A stretch of DNA of 64,000 nt from Nitrospirota bacterium (GCA_963818475.1 CAWFSF010000006.1:1120001-1184000), one strand, 5' to 3'. Counted from the first letter of the stretch, positions 33,658-43,662 are shown. A program made the numbers and translations. Notes: generated by a model from the sequence alone, not told the origin.

Positions 33658-36600
33658 CTAATCCGCCTTCTTTTTTGTAAAGAAGTTTTCCAGGTCATCA
33701 ACGATCGTGTACACGACCGGGATCACGACCAGCGTGAGCAGCGTCGAGGTTATCAGTCCGCCGATCACGGCAATGGCCATGGGGGCACGGGTCTCTGCGC
33801 CTTCTCCGAGCTTCAGCGCCGTGGGCAGCATGCCGAATACCATGGCGGCCGTGGTCATGATGATCGGTCGCAGCCTGACCGGTCCCGCCTTGAGCAGCGC
33901 TTCTTCGCGGCTCATCCCCCGATGCCGGAGCGTTATGGTATAGTCAACCAGCAGGATCGCGTTCTTGGTCACCAGCCCCATGAGCATGATAACGCCGATG
34001 AGGCTGAAGATCTGATCCGCTCTCCCGTGATCAGGAGCAGCAGCCCCATGGCGCCGATGAGGCTCACGGGCAGCGAGAACATGATCGTAAAGGGGTGGAC
34101 AAAGCTCTCGAACTGGGCAGCCAGGATCATGTAGACCATGATGACGGCGATGATCAACGCAAAAGAGATGTTTTTGAACGAATCCAGCATAGCATCCGCC
34201 ATGCCGACGTAACGGGTTGAAATATCCGGTGACCCGTTCTTTGCAACGATCTGGTTCAGATCGTTGATGGCCTGGCCCATGGGTTTGGTCTTGTCCGTAC
34301 CTGCAAACAGGGTTGTTGCCCGCTGTCGATTGTAATGCATGATGACCGTGGGCCCCTTGCCGGTCTGGATCGACGAGACATCGTGAAGGTGCACAAGCTC
34401 GCCTGTTGAGGAACGGACCAGCAAGCGCTTCGATGTCGGACGGTTTGTCGCGTTCGGCGCCGAATAGACGCGCTGTTATATCATATCGTTCGCCTTCTTT
34501 TTCGTCCTTGTACTTTCCAACGATCTCGCCGCCGATCAGGGTGTTGACCGTGCCGCCGATGGACGATGCGCTCACGCCGAGATTAGCGGCTTTCTCGCGA
34601 TCGATCCTGATGCGCACTTCCGGCTTGCCGATCTCGATCGAGGTGTCGGTATCCACAATGCCGGGAAGCTTCGAAAATGCATTTTTGATCGCCAGTGGTC
34701 CGTTTGTTCAGGTCTTCGAGGTCCCTGCCCTGGATCATAAGCTGGATCGGCACTGACCGCATACCGCCTCCCACCATGGCGATCATCTCAACCGACGCCT
34801 TAAACTCGGGCTGTCCAGACACGCTGTCGCGGACCTCCTTCATGGAATCGATCTGGATGATATTCCGGTCTTTCCGTTCCTTCATGTTGACAAAGATCCT
34901 GCTTTTGTTGACGTCAGGCGTCAGGTCCGAACCGGTAACATAGAAGGTGCTCGCAATCTCCGGTCTTTGCCGGAGCTCTTCATCGACCTTTTTCATGACC
35001 GCATCGGAGCGATTCAGTGAATAGTCTATGGGAGTTTCAAGTCTCACCATATACCTGCCCTGGTCCTCGGCGGGCATGAATTCCTTGCCCAGAATAAACC
35101 AGAAGAATGACGATTCCTCCTGCGACGCTCGCCAGTGCGAGCAGAATGACCTTCCAGCGGTTCCGCAATGCCAGAGCAAGAAGCGGATTATACAGGTCGA
35201 AGACCTTGTCGAATCCTTTTTCAAGGAACATATAGACCTTGCCGTGCTTCTTCCGGTAGCTCAGAAAGCGCGACGTCATCATGGGAGTGAGCGTCAGCGA
35301 TACAAAGAGCGAAATGAGCACGGCGATCGTCACGGTGATGCCGAACTCGAAGAAGAACTTTCCTACGATGCCCTTCATGAACGCAACAGGCACGAACACG
35401 GCCACAATGGACAGGGTCGTCGCCATGACCGCCAGTCCGATCTCCGAGGCGCCCTCCCGGGATGCCTGCAGGGGCGACTCCCCTTCTTCCATCCTCCGGT
35501 AGATGTTCTCAAGCACCACGATCGAGTCGTCGATAAGAATGCCGATCGAAAGCGACAGGGCGAGCATGGTCATGATGTTCAGGGTGAACCCGAAGGCCTG
35601 AATGAACGCAAAGGTGGCGATGACCGACGTCGGCAAGGCAACTGCGCTGATCAGGGTGCTCCTGACGCTTCTGAGGAAAACAAAGATGATCAGCACCGCC
35701 AGGATGGCGCCGAGCCACAGCGATACCTGCACGTCCTCGATCGAACGGCGGATGAATTTGGACTGGTCGAAGGTAATGTCGAGATGCATGCCCTGGGGCG
35801 GCTTGACCTTTGCAACGGCGTCTTTCACCCGTTCGGCAACAGCGACCGTATTCTCGCCGGACTGGCGCTTGACCGACAGGCCGACGGCGCTCTTGCCGTT
35901 GAACCGGGTAAGGGAACGTTCGTCTTCAAGCCCGTCTTCGGCTCTGCCGATATCGCGCAGCTTGATCAGTCTGCCGTGACGGTAGGCGATCACCATGTCG
36001 TTGAACGCTTCAGGCGTTTCGAACTCGCCCTTGGTCTTTACGATGTATTCGGTCCGGGAATTCTCGATCCGCCCGCCCGGGATCTCGCGGTGTTCCCGCC
36101 CCAGAGCCAGCTTGATATCATCGGCCGTCAATGAAGCAGCGTTCATCTTCGCTGCGTCGATCCAGATGCGGACCTGACGGTTCCGGCCGCCGCTGATCGT
36201 CACCGACCCGACCCCGGGGATCTTTTCGATGTCGCGTTTCAGGACCTTGTCCGCATAATGGGTCAGTTCCTTGATCGAGCGGTCGCCGGAAACAGCGATC
36301 CAGACGATCGGCTGGTCATCGGGGCTGATCTTTTCGATGATCGGCGCATCGGTGTCTTTCGGCAGCCGGTTCCTGATGGCGGCGACCTTGTCCCGGACAT
36401 CCTGTGCAGCCTGTTCCAGATTGCGTTCGAGGTGGAACTCCACCGTGACGATGGAGTACTCTTCCATGCTGCGCGAGGTAATGGCCTTGACGCCGCTGAT
36501 GGTGTTCACGGCCTCTTCAAGGACGTCCGTGACGTCGACCTCCATGATCTCGGGGCTTGCGCCCACCAGCTTCGTGGTGATGTTCACCACCGGGAAGTCG

Positions 36601-36719
36601 ATCTTGGGAAAGAGATCGAGGGCAAGGCGCGGGAAGGAAACGATGCCGAACACGATCAGCGCAACGCCGATCATGGTCATGAAGACCGGACGTTTGATGG
36701 CTATTTCAGGAAGTCGCAT
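33658..36719 (-). CDS. RND efflux permease, AcrB family (several frameshifts)
   Basis: IKRPV, IDDSIVVLENI, GLVTKNAILLVD, RLRPIIMTT. Confidence 0.92.
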
Positions 36720-38031
36720 GTTTCGCCTCGCTTATGGATTCTGATTGTCCCAGGGTGCCGATGCTTTTCATGAGCCGGAGGATGGCGATCTGCTGGTCGC
36801 TTACGGCATTCGCCAGTTCCCGTTCGGCCTGCGACAGCGCCTGTTCCGCATCGATGAGCGATAAGCTCGGAAGCAGTCCTTCCGCGAACAGGTTCTCGAC
36901 CGTATCGAAGTTGTCCTTTGCGTACCCGAGCTGGAGTTTTGCCGTATCCAGCACCGCGGTAATGGTCTGGAGATTGATATGCGCTTCGAGGACTTCCGTT
37001 TCGATAGACCGCTCCAGCAGGGTCGTTGACAGTTTGGCCTGCCTGACCTTTGATCGTGCTTCGGAAGTCTCGGCCCTCATGAGTCCGCCTTCGAAGATGG
37101 GGATCTGCAAACGAAGACCGCCGTAATAGGTTGTTGCATCCATTTGCGTCGCTGGCTGGGAGTCCACATACTTCACCCCGGCTTCCGCATACAGCTGCGG
37201 ATAGTGGGCTCCCTTGACGATCGTGACGTTCTCTTCAGCAACCTTCTGGTTCAGCCGGGAGCCGGCATAATCGGCCCGATTTGACAGGGCAATTGCTTTC
37301 AGTTGATCATAAGTCTCTTCGGAAGGTTTCAATGCTTCCGGTTCTGCCAGCGCCGCGTCATTCGGCAGTTTGGTGACCATGCTGAGCTGGCTTTTGGCGA
37401 TCTTTAAACCGTCCTCTGCCCTGATCAAATTGATTCGTGCCTGGCTTACCAGGGTCGTAGCCCGCAACAGGGAGGACATATTCGCTTTATTTCGTCGCGT
37501 CGCTGCTTCCCGCTCGGTCACTTTTTTGTGCCGCTCCATCCGCTCGACAGCCCGACGGCCGATATCAACCAATTTTTGTGCTTTGATCACGCCGTAATAG
37601 GCCTGTGCCACGGTGAGGAGCGTGTCCTGAATGGTAAACTGGAATCCGCTCCGGCTTGCTTCGCGGAGCGTCTGGGCAGTACGGAGCGCAGCAAATGTTC
37701 TCCCACCGGTATAGAGCGGCTGGGTCAATATCAACGCAGCCTGCAATTGTTCCTTAGGCTGAAAGATAAAATCCCCGCCTTCCGGGGGCAGGGTCTCGTT
37801 GTACCGGGTATAGGCTGACTGCGCCACAAGGCGGGGGTACAGATAGGTCCATGCCTGGTCGATCCTGGTCTCTGACTGGATCACCGTCTCCGCTGAGATG
37901 CCGATGACCTCATTCGTGTCGATCGCGGCATTGTAGGCATCGCTCAGCGTATACACTTTGTCGTCAGCTTGCGCGGAGACGGCCATCAGGACGATGGCGA
38001 TGGTGAACATGTTTCTTAACAATGGTTTCAT
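36706..38031 (-). CDS. TolC family outer-membrane protein
   Basis: Signal peptide, QPLYTGG, IPIFEGG. Confidence 0.9.
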   Translation of the reverse strand: MKPLLRNMFTIAIVLMAVSAQADDKVYTLSDAYNAAIDTNEVIGISAETVIQSETRIDQAWTYLYPRLVAQSAYTRYNETLPPEGGDFIFQPKEQLQAALILTQPLYTGGRTFAALRTAQTLREASRSGFQFTIQDTLLTVAQAYYGVIKAQKLVDIGRRAVERMERHKKVTEREAATRRNKANMSSLLRATTLVSQARINLIRAEDGLKIAKSQLSMVTKLPNDAALAEPEALKPSEETYDQLKAIALSNRADYAGSRLNQKVAEENVTIVKGAHYPQLYAEAGVKYVDSQPATQMDATTYYGGLRLQIPIFEGGLMRAETSEARSKVRQAKLSTTLLERSIETEVLEAHINLQTITAVLDTAKLQLGYAKDNFDTVENLFAEGLLPSLSLIDAEQALSQAERELANAVSDQQIAILRLMKSIGTLGQSESISEAKHATS

Positions 38032-38109
38032 CTCTGCAATATCCTTTATGGTTAAAGTGCCGAGTCAGCTTGTATGCATTTATCGCTTATACGTCAAAAT
38101 CAAGAACAT

Positions 38110-38199
38110 TCTCGCTGAGGCGCAGAGACGCTGAGAAGGAGTTGAATCCTTGATCTTTTTTTCTTGCAGTTCTCTGCGCCTCAGCGGCTCTGCGCGAGA
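38110..38199. repeat. 9-nt-period palindromic element
   Basis: CTCGCTGAGGCGCAGAGACGCTGAG ... CTCTGCGCCTCAGCGGCTCTGCGCGAG; supplies the TetR stop codon. Confidence 0.78.
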
Positions 38200-38897
38200 T
38201 AATCTTGCTTTGACTTCGATATAGATACAAAGACATCGCTTGTCGACGCGCCAAGCCCGTCAAAGAAAACGCCGGTGACAAAAGAGCTGAAGTGATCAAC
38301 TGACAGGTCCAGTTTCTTCCCCACAACATATTCCGCCAAAGGCCGGTTAATGAAACTTTGCATGACCATGCCGACCAGGACGGAGATCGCGAGTGTCAGA
38401 TCGACTTTTTTAAGCTCGCCCTTCTTCATGCCTTCTTTCAGGATCGCTGCAAGTTTCTCATGGCTGTGATTGAAAAAGTTATCAGCGAGCCACTTGAGGT
38501 TTTTGCCGCAGCAGGCGAACTCAATGGAGAGGATCCGGCGAACTTCCTCGTTGTTGTGCTGAAAACGGACCAATTCCTCGATATATTTTTGTATTTTATC
38601 CCGCGTTGTCGCGCCCGTTGAGAAGATCTCGTGCTCCCAGATGCGGTCGAACTCTTCGAATGAATCAGCAAGAACGGCCCGGTACAGCTCGACCTTGTCC
38701 GTAAAATGATAATAGATCATGGCATTGTTCACACCGGCGGCATCCGCCACTTCACGGACCGTTGCGCCCTCCAGTCCGCGCTGGGCAAAGAGCGTGCGTG
38801 CCGCGGCGATGATCGCTGACCGTGTGCAGCAGGCGGCCTGTTTTGATGCCGGGCGGCGTCCTGCGGTTCTTTTCTTGGGAGGTGTTTTTGTCGGCAT
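38181..38897 (-). CDS. TetR/AcrR family regulator
   Basis: LFAQRGLEGATVREVADAAGVN.AMIYYHF.DK. Confidence 0.93.
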   Translation of the reverse strand: MPTKTPPKKRTAGRRPASKQAACCTRSAIIAAARTLFAQRGLEGATVREVADAAGVNNAMIYYHFTDKVELYRAVLADSFEEFDRIWEHEIFSTGATTRDKIQKYIEELVRFQHNNEEVRRILSIEFACCGKNLKWLADNFFNHSHEKLAAILKEGMKKGELKKVDLTLAISVLVGMVMQSFINRPLAEYVVGKKLDLSVDHFSSFVTGVFFDGLGASTSDVFVSISKSKQDYLAQSR

Positions 38898-38902
38898 GGC
38901 AA

Positions 38903-38964
38903 TAATTAACTAACTGCTTAATTAAATGAAGCCGCATCATACTAGGGAGGAGTATTGTTGTCAA
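38903..38964 (-). promoter_or_regulatory. sigma70 promoter and candidate TetR operator
   Basis: TTGACA-N17-TATGAT (38936-38964); inverted repeat TAATTAA-N8-TTAATTA (38903-38924). Confidence 0.6.
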
Positions 38965-39052
38965 GATGAATTTACGGGAAGAACAGTGGGAGGATCAAGC
39001 AGTTTGCCACATAAAGCACATAGGTCACTAGATGCAACAGGGCAAGAATGTT

Positions 39053-39160
39053 TCGCGCGGAGACGCGGAGGCGCAGAGACTGCAAAAGACAAAGCTTTGT
39101 ATCTGGTTTAATACAGCACCAATGATTTTGACTTCTCTGCGCCTCCGCGTCTCCGCGCGA
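39053..39160. repeat. 9-nt-period palindromic element with perfect 27-bp arms
   Basis: TCGCGCGGAGACGCGGAGGCGCAGAGA (39053-39079) and its exact reverse complement (39134-39160). Confidence 0.85.
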
Positions 39161-39181
39161 GTACGCCTTATGGCTCCAGGT

Positions 39182-39847
39182 TTATATAATTTTTCCAACC
39201 AACTCCGCAAATGAGTGAGAACGATATGCGATAGTGCCGATGATCGGCACGCCGGAAAGTTCCTGGATGACCGCAGGACTGGTGGCTTCGGCCAATCCCT
39301 GCTGCCCGCCCTGCCCGTCGTTGATGACGACGCCGGCGATCATCAGCCTCCGGGACCGGAGCGCATCGATCGTCAGGAGCGTGTGGTTGATCGTGCCGAG
39401 TCCCGGCCGGGCGACGATCAATACCGGCAGGCCCAATGCTTCGGCAAGGTCGAGAAAGAGATAGCCCTGCGCAAGCGGCACCATGATCCCCCCTGCCCCT
39501 TCAACGATCATGAACCGGTGTCTCTGCGACAGCGTTTTGAAGGACTGGAGTATCTTCCCCGGGTCGATCGTTTTCCGTTCTATCTGTGCGGCCACGGAGG
39601 GTGCGACGGGAGCCTGGAAACGATAGGGATTGACGAGTGACAGCGGATCGCGAACTGCGGCTGCCCGGATGAGTGCTTCGGCGTCGCGTGGTATGAGTTT
39701 GCCTGAACGTGATCTGCAGCCCGTTTCCGCTGGTTTCATGACGCCCACATCGATCTTTGCCGAGCGAAGGGCCTTTGCAATACCGGCGGCGACGTAGGTC
39801 TTCCCTACGCCCGTGTCGGTTCCGGTAATAAATAAGCCTTTAATCAT
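39182..39847 (-). CDS. bioD: Dethiobiotin synthase
   Basis: TGTDTGVGKT, KPAETG, VEGAGG, LGTINHTLLT. Confidence 0.96.
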   Translation of the reverse strand: MIKGLFITGTDTGVGKTYVAAGIAKALRSAKIDVGVMKPAETGCRSRSGKLIPRDAEALIRAAAVRDPLSLVNPYRFQAPVAPSVAAQIERKTIDPGKILQSFKTLSQRHRFMIVEGAGGIMVPLAQGYLFLDLAEALGLPVLIVARPGLGTINHTLLTIDALRSRRLMIAGVVINDGQGGQQGLAEATSPAVIQELSGVPIIGTIAYRSHSFAELVGKII

Positions 39848-39904
39848 GAGCGTAATTTCCTGAGGATAACAAAACAAAATCACGATTCCGGCGATTTCCG
39901 GCTG

Positions 39905-39956
39905 CTATAACGCGAAGATGAGCCCCGTCCCGTGGGGCTCGATCTTCAGGTTGGAT
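39905..39956 (-). mobile_element. Integron attC site
   Basis: ATCCAAC-N5-GATCGAGC...GCTCATC-N5-GTTATAG: canonical R''/L''/L'/R' spacing with one extrahelical base; overlaps the stop of the upstream ORF. Confidence 0.85.
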
Positions 39957-40465
39957 CATTTTGGCTTGAAAGGAGTTTGTTTTGGACTATGAGTCTGCGC
40001 ACTCCCTGCTTCTTGTGATTTCAATCGCTGTTGCGGTTGTTGTTGCGTTTGTAATGTGTCTTTTTGGGGATGCTTGAGAATATATTTATCGAGTACGAGA
40101 TGAGTAATCAAGTAGACAATTATGCCGGTGATTATAGGGATAAGGAATTTTACGAAATGTCTTTGAATAAAGTTATATGGTTTTTTTATTGTATTTAATA
40201 TTCGCTTACGCTTCAACGGATATTTGAAATAGATTTGGCATTGATAATAACCATCATCTGTGAATACGACAGCATGATGTTGTATATCTCTAAAATAGCC
40301 ATATTGGACTAAGTTGGATATGGCATTCTTAATATCGGTCGGATGAGTATTGGGGAATGTTATATCAGTTGACAAGCCGATAGTTATGGAATGAATAGCA
40401 ACAGTATGAAAACGTAATATCTCCTTTTCAAGTTCTGGTAAATCGCTGATCGGTTTTTTTATCAT
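39956..40465 (-). CDS. Cassette-borne hypothetical protein with C-terminal TM helix
   Basis: AT-rich 169-aa ORF between two attC-like sites. Confidence 0.7.
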   Translation of the reverse strand: MIKKPISDLPELEKEILRFHTVAIHSITIGLSTDITFPNTHPTDIKNAISNLVQYGYFRDIQHHAVVFTDDGYYQCQIYFKYPLKRKRILNTIKKPYNFIQRHFVKFLIPIITGIIVYLITHLVLDKYILKHPQKDTLQTQQQPQQRLKSQEAGSAQTHSPKQTPFKPK

Positions 40466-40478
40466 AGGTTTATTCAGG

Positions 40479-40536
40479 TGCCAACCTCGGGTGAGGGGCG
40501 CGGGTTTTGCAACCCTCTTGAGCCGAATAGTTAGAA
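40479..40536 (-). mobile_element. Degenerate attC site
   Basis: TTCTAAC...GCTCAAGA...GTTGGCA, 58 bp, directly after a stop codon; imperfect stem. Confidence 0.62.
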
Positions 40537-42240
40537 TCAGATCTTCCAGACTTTCTCGTACGCCTCAACCGCAAGTGCCTGGGTCCTCTTCGCAATATCT
40601 GTGGCTGTCCAGTCCGCGGCGCCATCAATGGAAGTCTGCAAAGGAAAATGCGCGGCCCGCAGGATACGCTTCTTCTCCTTGAAAGGCTTGTTACCAAGCT
40701 TTGAGTTCATGTCCACTGATACAAGAATCAAATTCCCGAGTTGGCCGATGATCTCTTCTGTAAAATTGCCCGTACCGATAGCGCTTTGGGGAACCAAGTG
40801 TTCGATGGTCATTGCATCGTAGTCAGTCGTTACTGCGGTTTTCTTGGCCTTGTCAAAACAGACTAGTATGTACTTCACCAGACTGCGTTGCTTGGTAATC
40901 TCGTCGGTGTATAAGATCTGCGGGAACAGAGCCTTGACCTCTTCGAGAGACGGTACGCGTTTACGCAACTTTTCCTTTAGTTCCTTAAGCACTACCAGCG
41001 CACTGTCCTGATTGTGAGACTCAAACAGTCGGCGGCCAAGCGAAGCGTACATTTCAGAGATACCGCCGGACGATCGTTGCGATGTGACAGCCGTGAAGAG
41101 AAAATGAAATTTCTCAATCGCCACTAGCGCATCTTCAAGGTGCCGCATCTTGATTGTCTTTCCACGGTAAGATCGCAGGAGCGAGAGCACGCACGGTGTC
41201 TGCTGTTGAACTCTGAACAACTGCAGAGCCCCGAGAGCCTCGGGCACGCGCCGCTCCTGCTTTGACCATTTCCCGAAAGTGATCTCGTGAATCATCCGGT
41301 AGAGGGTGGCGTCCGTTACAAGTGAGTCAAGAAAAGCCTTAGCTTCCGTTTTGGTAATCCGACGCTTTAGCGCCTTGAACAAAGTTTTGGCCGAGAGGTA
41401 ATCATAACGCGAAAGCCAGAAATGGTGGATGAACGCATCTGTCTCTAAATCGCAGGCTGCAGCCTCAATCGTTTCGAGCATTCGGCGCCACTTCACCTTT
41501 ACCGGGTCGATGGACGCGCTCTTGCTCTTGAGGTGTTTGTTGACATGATTCTTGACTAGGTCCGTTAGGCTCAAATCCTTACCGCGCGTGTTTAGTGTCT
41601 CGAAAATGATGTAAGCATCATCCTCATCGTCAAGTTTGACAAATATCACCTTCAGATTAAGCACGGCGTCGCGGATGTCGGTCAGTCGTAGTTGTATTAA
41701 TTTCTTCTTCTTGTCATCCGATAGGCTGGCATCGCTTTCCAGACTCTCGCTCACGCCATCAATGAGTTTAGTAAGTTGTGTGAATGCATCTTGTAGGTTC
41801 TGCTCTTCCGAAAGAGGGTTCACCGGCACTTCGGGGGCACCCCACTTAAGGATGTGGTCTTGGAAGAATGGATAAGATGTTTCCGTTGAGAGAATGAATT
41901 CAGGTTTATTGTCGATATTCTTGCGCTCTATTAATCCATGGATTCCTTGCGCCAGATCGTTGAGCCCATGTTTTGCGAGGGCGTTCCGGAGAACGGCGAG
42001 CAGAAGCGTGACGGTTGTCAGTCGCTGCTGTCCGTCTACAATGCCAAAGCGCTGCTTGCCATCTTTGAAAACCACCATTGAGCCGATGAAGTAGTCCAGT
42101 GGTCTGTCCTTGATGACATCGTCCCAGAACTCCTGAACATTATCACGAATCCAAGAATATGGCCGCTGGAACCTCGGAATGCGATAGTAGCCTGACGATA
42201 AGAGCGTCCTTAAATCTTGATCGGTCGATTCAATCTTCAC
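40537..42240 (-). CDS. DUF262/DUF1524 (GmrSD-family) nuclease
   Basis: IPRFQRPYSW, DGQQR, FETLNTRG, IEHLVPQ...LGNL...N.KLGN HNH-like C-terminus; GGAGG RBS with GTG start. Confidence 0.9.
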   Translation of the reverse strand: MKIESTDQDLRTLLSSGYYRIPRFQRPYSWIRDNVQEFWDDVIKDRPLDYFIGSMVVFKDGKQRFGIVDGQQRLTTVTLLLAVLRNALAKHGLNDLAQGIHGLIERKNIDNKPEFILSTETSYPFFQDHILKWGAPEVPVNPLSEEQNLQDAFTQLTKLIDGVSESLESDASLSDDKKKKLIQLRLTDIRDAVLNLKVIFVKLDDEDDAYIIFETLNTRGKDLSLTDLVKNHVNKHLKSKSASIDPVKVKWRRMLETIEAAACDLETDAFIHHFWLSRYDYLSAKTLFKALKRRITKTEAKAFLDSLVTDATLYRMIHEITFGKWSKQERRVPEALGALQLFRVQQQTPCVLSLLRSYRGKTIKMRHLEDALVAIEKFHFLFTAVTSQRSSGGISEMYASLGRRLFESHNQDSALVVLKELKEKLRKRVPSLEEVKALFPQILYTDEITKQRSLVKYILVCFDKAKKTAVTTDYDAMTIEHLVPQSAIGTGNFTEEIIGQLGNLILVSVDMNSKLGNKPFKEKKRILRAAHFPLQTSIDGAADWTATDIAKRTQALAVEAYEKVWKI

Positions 42241-42274
42241 TTCAGTCCTCCATCTTCGTACAGGGTGTACGTTT

Positions 42275-42337
42275 CGCTAATATTGACAAGCTGAAACGCG
42301 CATGCGTAGCGAATCTCTGTCGAGCTTTTTGTTAGAA
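42275..42337 (-). mobile_element. Degenerate attC site
   Basis: TTCTAAC-N5-GCTCGACA...TTTCAGC; R' eroded to ATTAG with a lengthened spacer. Confidence 0.62.
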
Positions 42338-42341
42338 TCAA

Positions 42342-42998
42342 CTAGCTACGGCGACCCTTCCAGAGAGGTAGATTGATCAGGCCAAACAACGTGCCTTTGC
42401 TTGAAAGAATACCGCGGCAAGTAAGCTCAATATCAGCTATCAGTGCATCAACTCTTTCTTGAATAGGGTCTGGGTCTTCGCCCTCCCAAAGGATACTCTG
42501 AAGTTCACGAAATTTATTATGATAAGTTTCCTCATCTTCCTCGGCTCTAAGATAGCTGTCTTTGCGACGCCAAAAGCGCCGAGAGGCAAGGAATATTTCG
42601 TTTATGACTTTACTCAAGTCATCAAATGGTTTACTTTCCGTGGTGCCGATCTGTGCCATGAATCGGTAGCGTAAGGCGTGTATCCGGCTGAAAAGTTCAA
42701 GGTGCTTGTTGTAGCGCTCTACGACAACATAAGCTTGGTCTAATGCCTCCTTATCCTCGGGCGACTCATTAGAATCCGCTTTCCGCGTGGTACCTTCGCC
42801 TCCAAATCCGAAGGGACTACGCATAGCATGAATCACGTCTCGGGCTTGATAGAAGAGCGCAAGAACTTCCTCTGCCAGCTCCATACGGCGCTTTCCGACG
42901 TGCTCACGACGCCATGCGTCAATCCCGAAGATCGCGGCAAGTGATGCTATCGTGACGGAAGCGTTCTGTATTACGGATGTCCAGTCGCAGGTTTGCAT
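42342..42998 (-). CDS. Cassette-borne hypothetical helical protein with N-terminal TM helix
   Basis: 218-aa ORF; IASLAAIFGI.AWRR, MRSP motif. Confidence 0.75.
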   Translation of the reverse strand: MQTCDWTSVIQNASVTIASLAAIFGIDAWRREHVGKRRMELAEEVLALFYQARDVIHAMRSPFGFGGEGTTRKADSNESPEDKEALDQAYVVVERYNKHLELFSRIHALRYRFMAQIGTTESKPFDDLSKVINEIFLASRRFWRRKDSYLRAEEDEETYHNKFRELQSILWEGEDPDPIQERVDALIADIELTCRGILSSKGTLFGLINLPLWKGRRS

Positions 42999-43038
42999 AG
43001 TAGTTAACCAGGTGCTTACCAGTTAAGGGGTGGCTCCG

Positions 43039-43085
43039 GGGTCGGGTCTTGAAAAAGCAGTTTCTTATATCTCAAGACCTGACCC
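43039..43085. repeat. REP-like hairpin GGGTCRGGTCTTGA...TCAAGACCTGACCC
   Basis: 14-bp arms with 1 mismatch and a 19-nt loop. Confidence 0.75.
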
Positions 43086-43551
43086 GATTTCGTCGACCGA
43101 ATAAATCATTGTAAAGAGAGCTTATGTCTCCTTTTGCCTTGAAGTCGGAAAGACTGATCCTGCATTTTTTGTCGTCTTGTCGGCCCTTAATTGGCGACTG
43201 AGAAATGATTGATGTGCGTTTTTTATTGTCCATTGTTCGGTATGAAAGTGAAATTGAATCTGCACTATAATGAATGAGAAGAAGAACTACTGTTCCGTTG
43301 GGGTTGTTGATGAGGGTTCTATGTACATCCCAATGAGAACATTTTCCCTCATATATACGCGCCTTAAGCTGAACATATTTAATTGAATCATCCACTTTAA
43401 GAATTACATCGTATCCAAAGGTGTCATGTTCCAGTCGCGCGATCTGCAATTCTTTTCCATTGGAGGCGGCATGTAATGCCAAGTCCCCAAGCATTCTATA
43501 CTCAGCGATGAGTTCGCGAAGTTTTGAGTTCGATTCGAGAATACTTTTCAT
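43072..43551 (-). CDS. Cassette-borne PD-(D/E)XK-like nuclease
   Basis: E...D.FGYD.......YVQLK motif; ATG 19 nt after the attC R' box. Confidence 0.7.
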   Translation of the reverse strand: MKSILESNSKLRELIAEYRMLGDLALHAASNGKELQIARLEHDTFGYDVILKVDDSIKYVQLKARIYEGKCSHWDVHRTLINNPNGTVVLLLIHYSADSISLSYRTMDNKKRTSIISQSPIKGRQDDKKCRISLSDFKAKGDISSLYNDLFGRRNRVRS

Positions 43552-43569
43552 GCTGAACCTCTGTGTGTT

Positions 43570-43628
43570 GCCTAACATGCTGGTCGCACCGTCTTTTTAG
43601 CGCGTCGCCGTGGACCGGCAGGTTAGTA
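43570..43628 (-). mobile_element. attC site (59 bp)
   Basis: TACTAAC-N5-GGTCCACG...TGCGACC-N5-GTTAGGC. Confidence 0.78.
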
Positions 43629-43662
43629 GTCACATGCCCCAACAAGGTGTCGGGCCGAAAAT

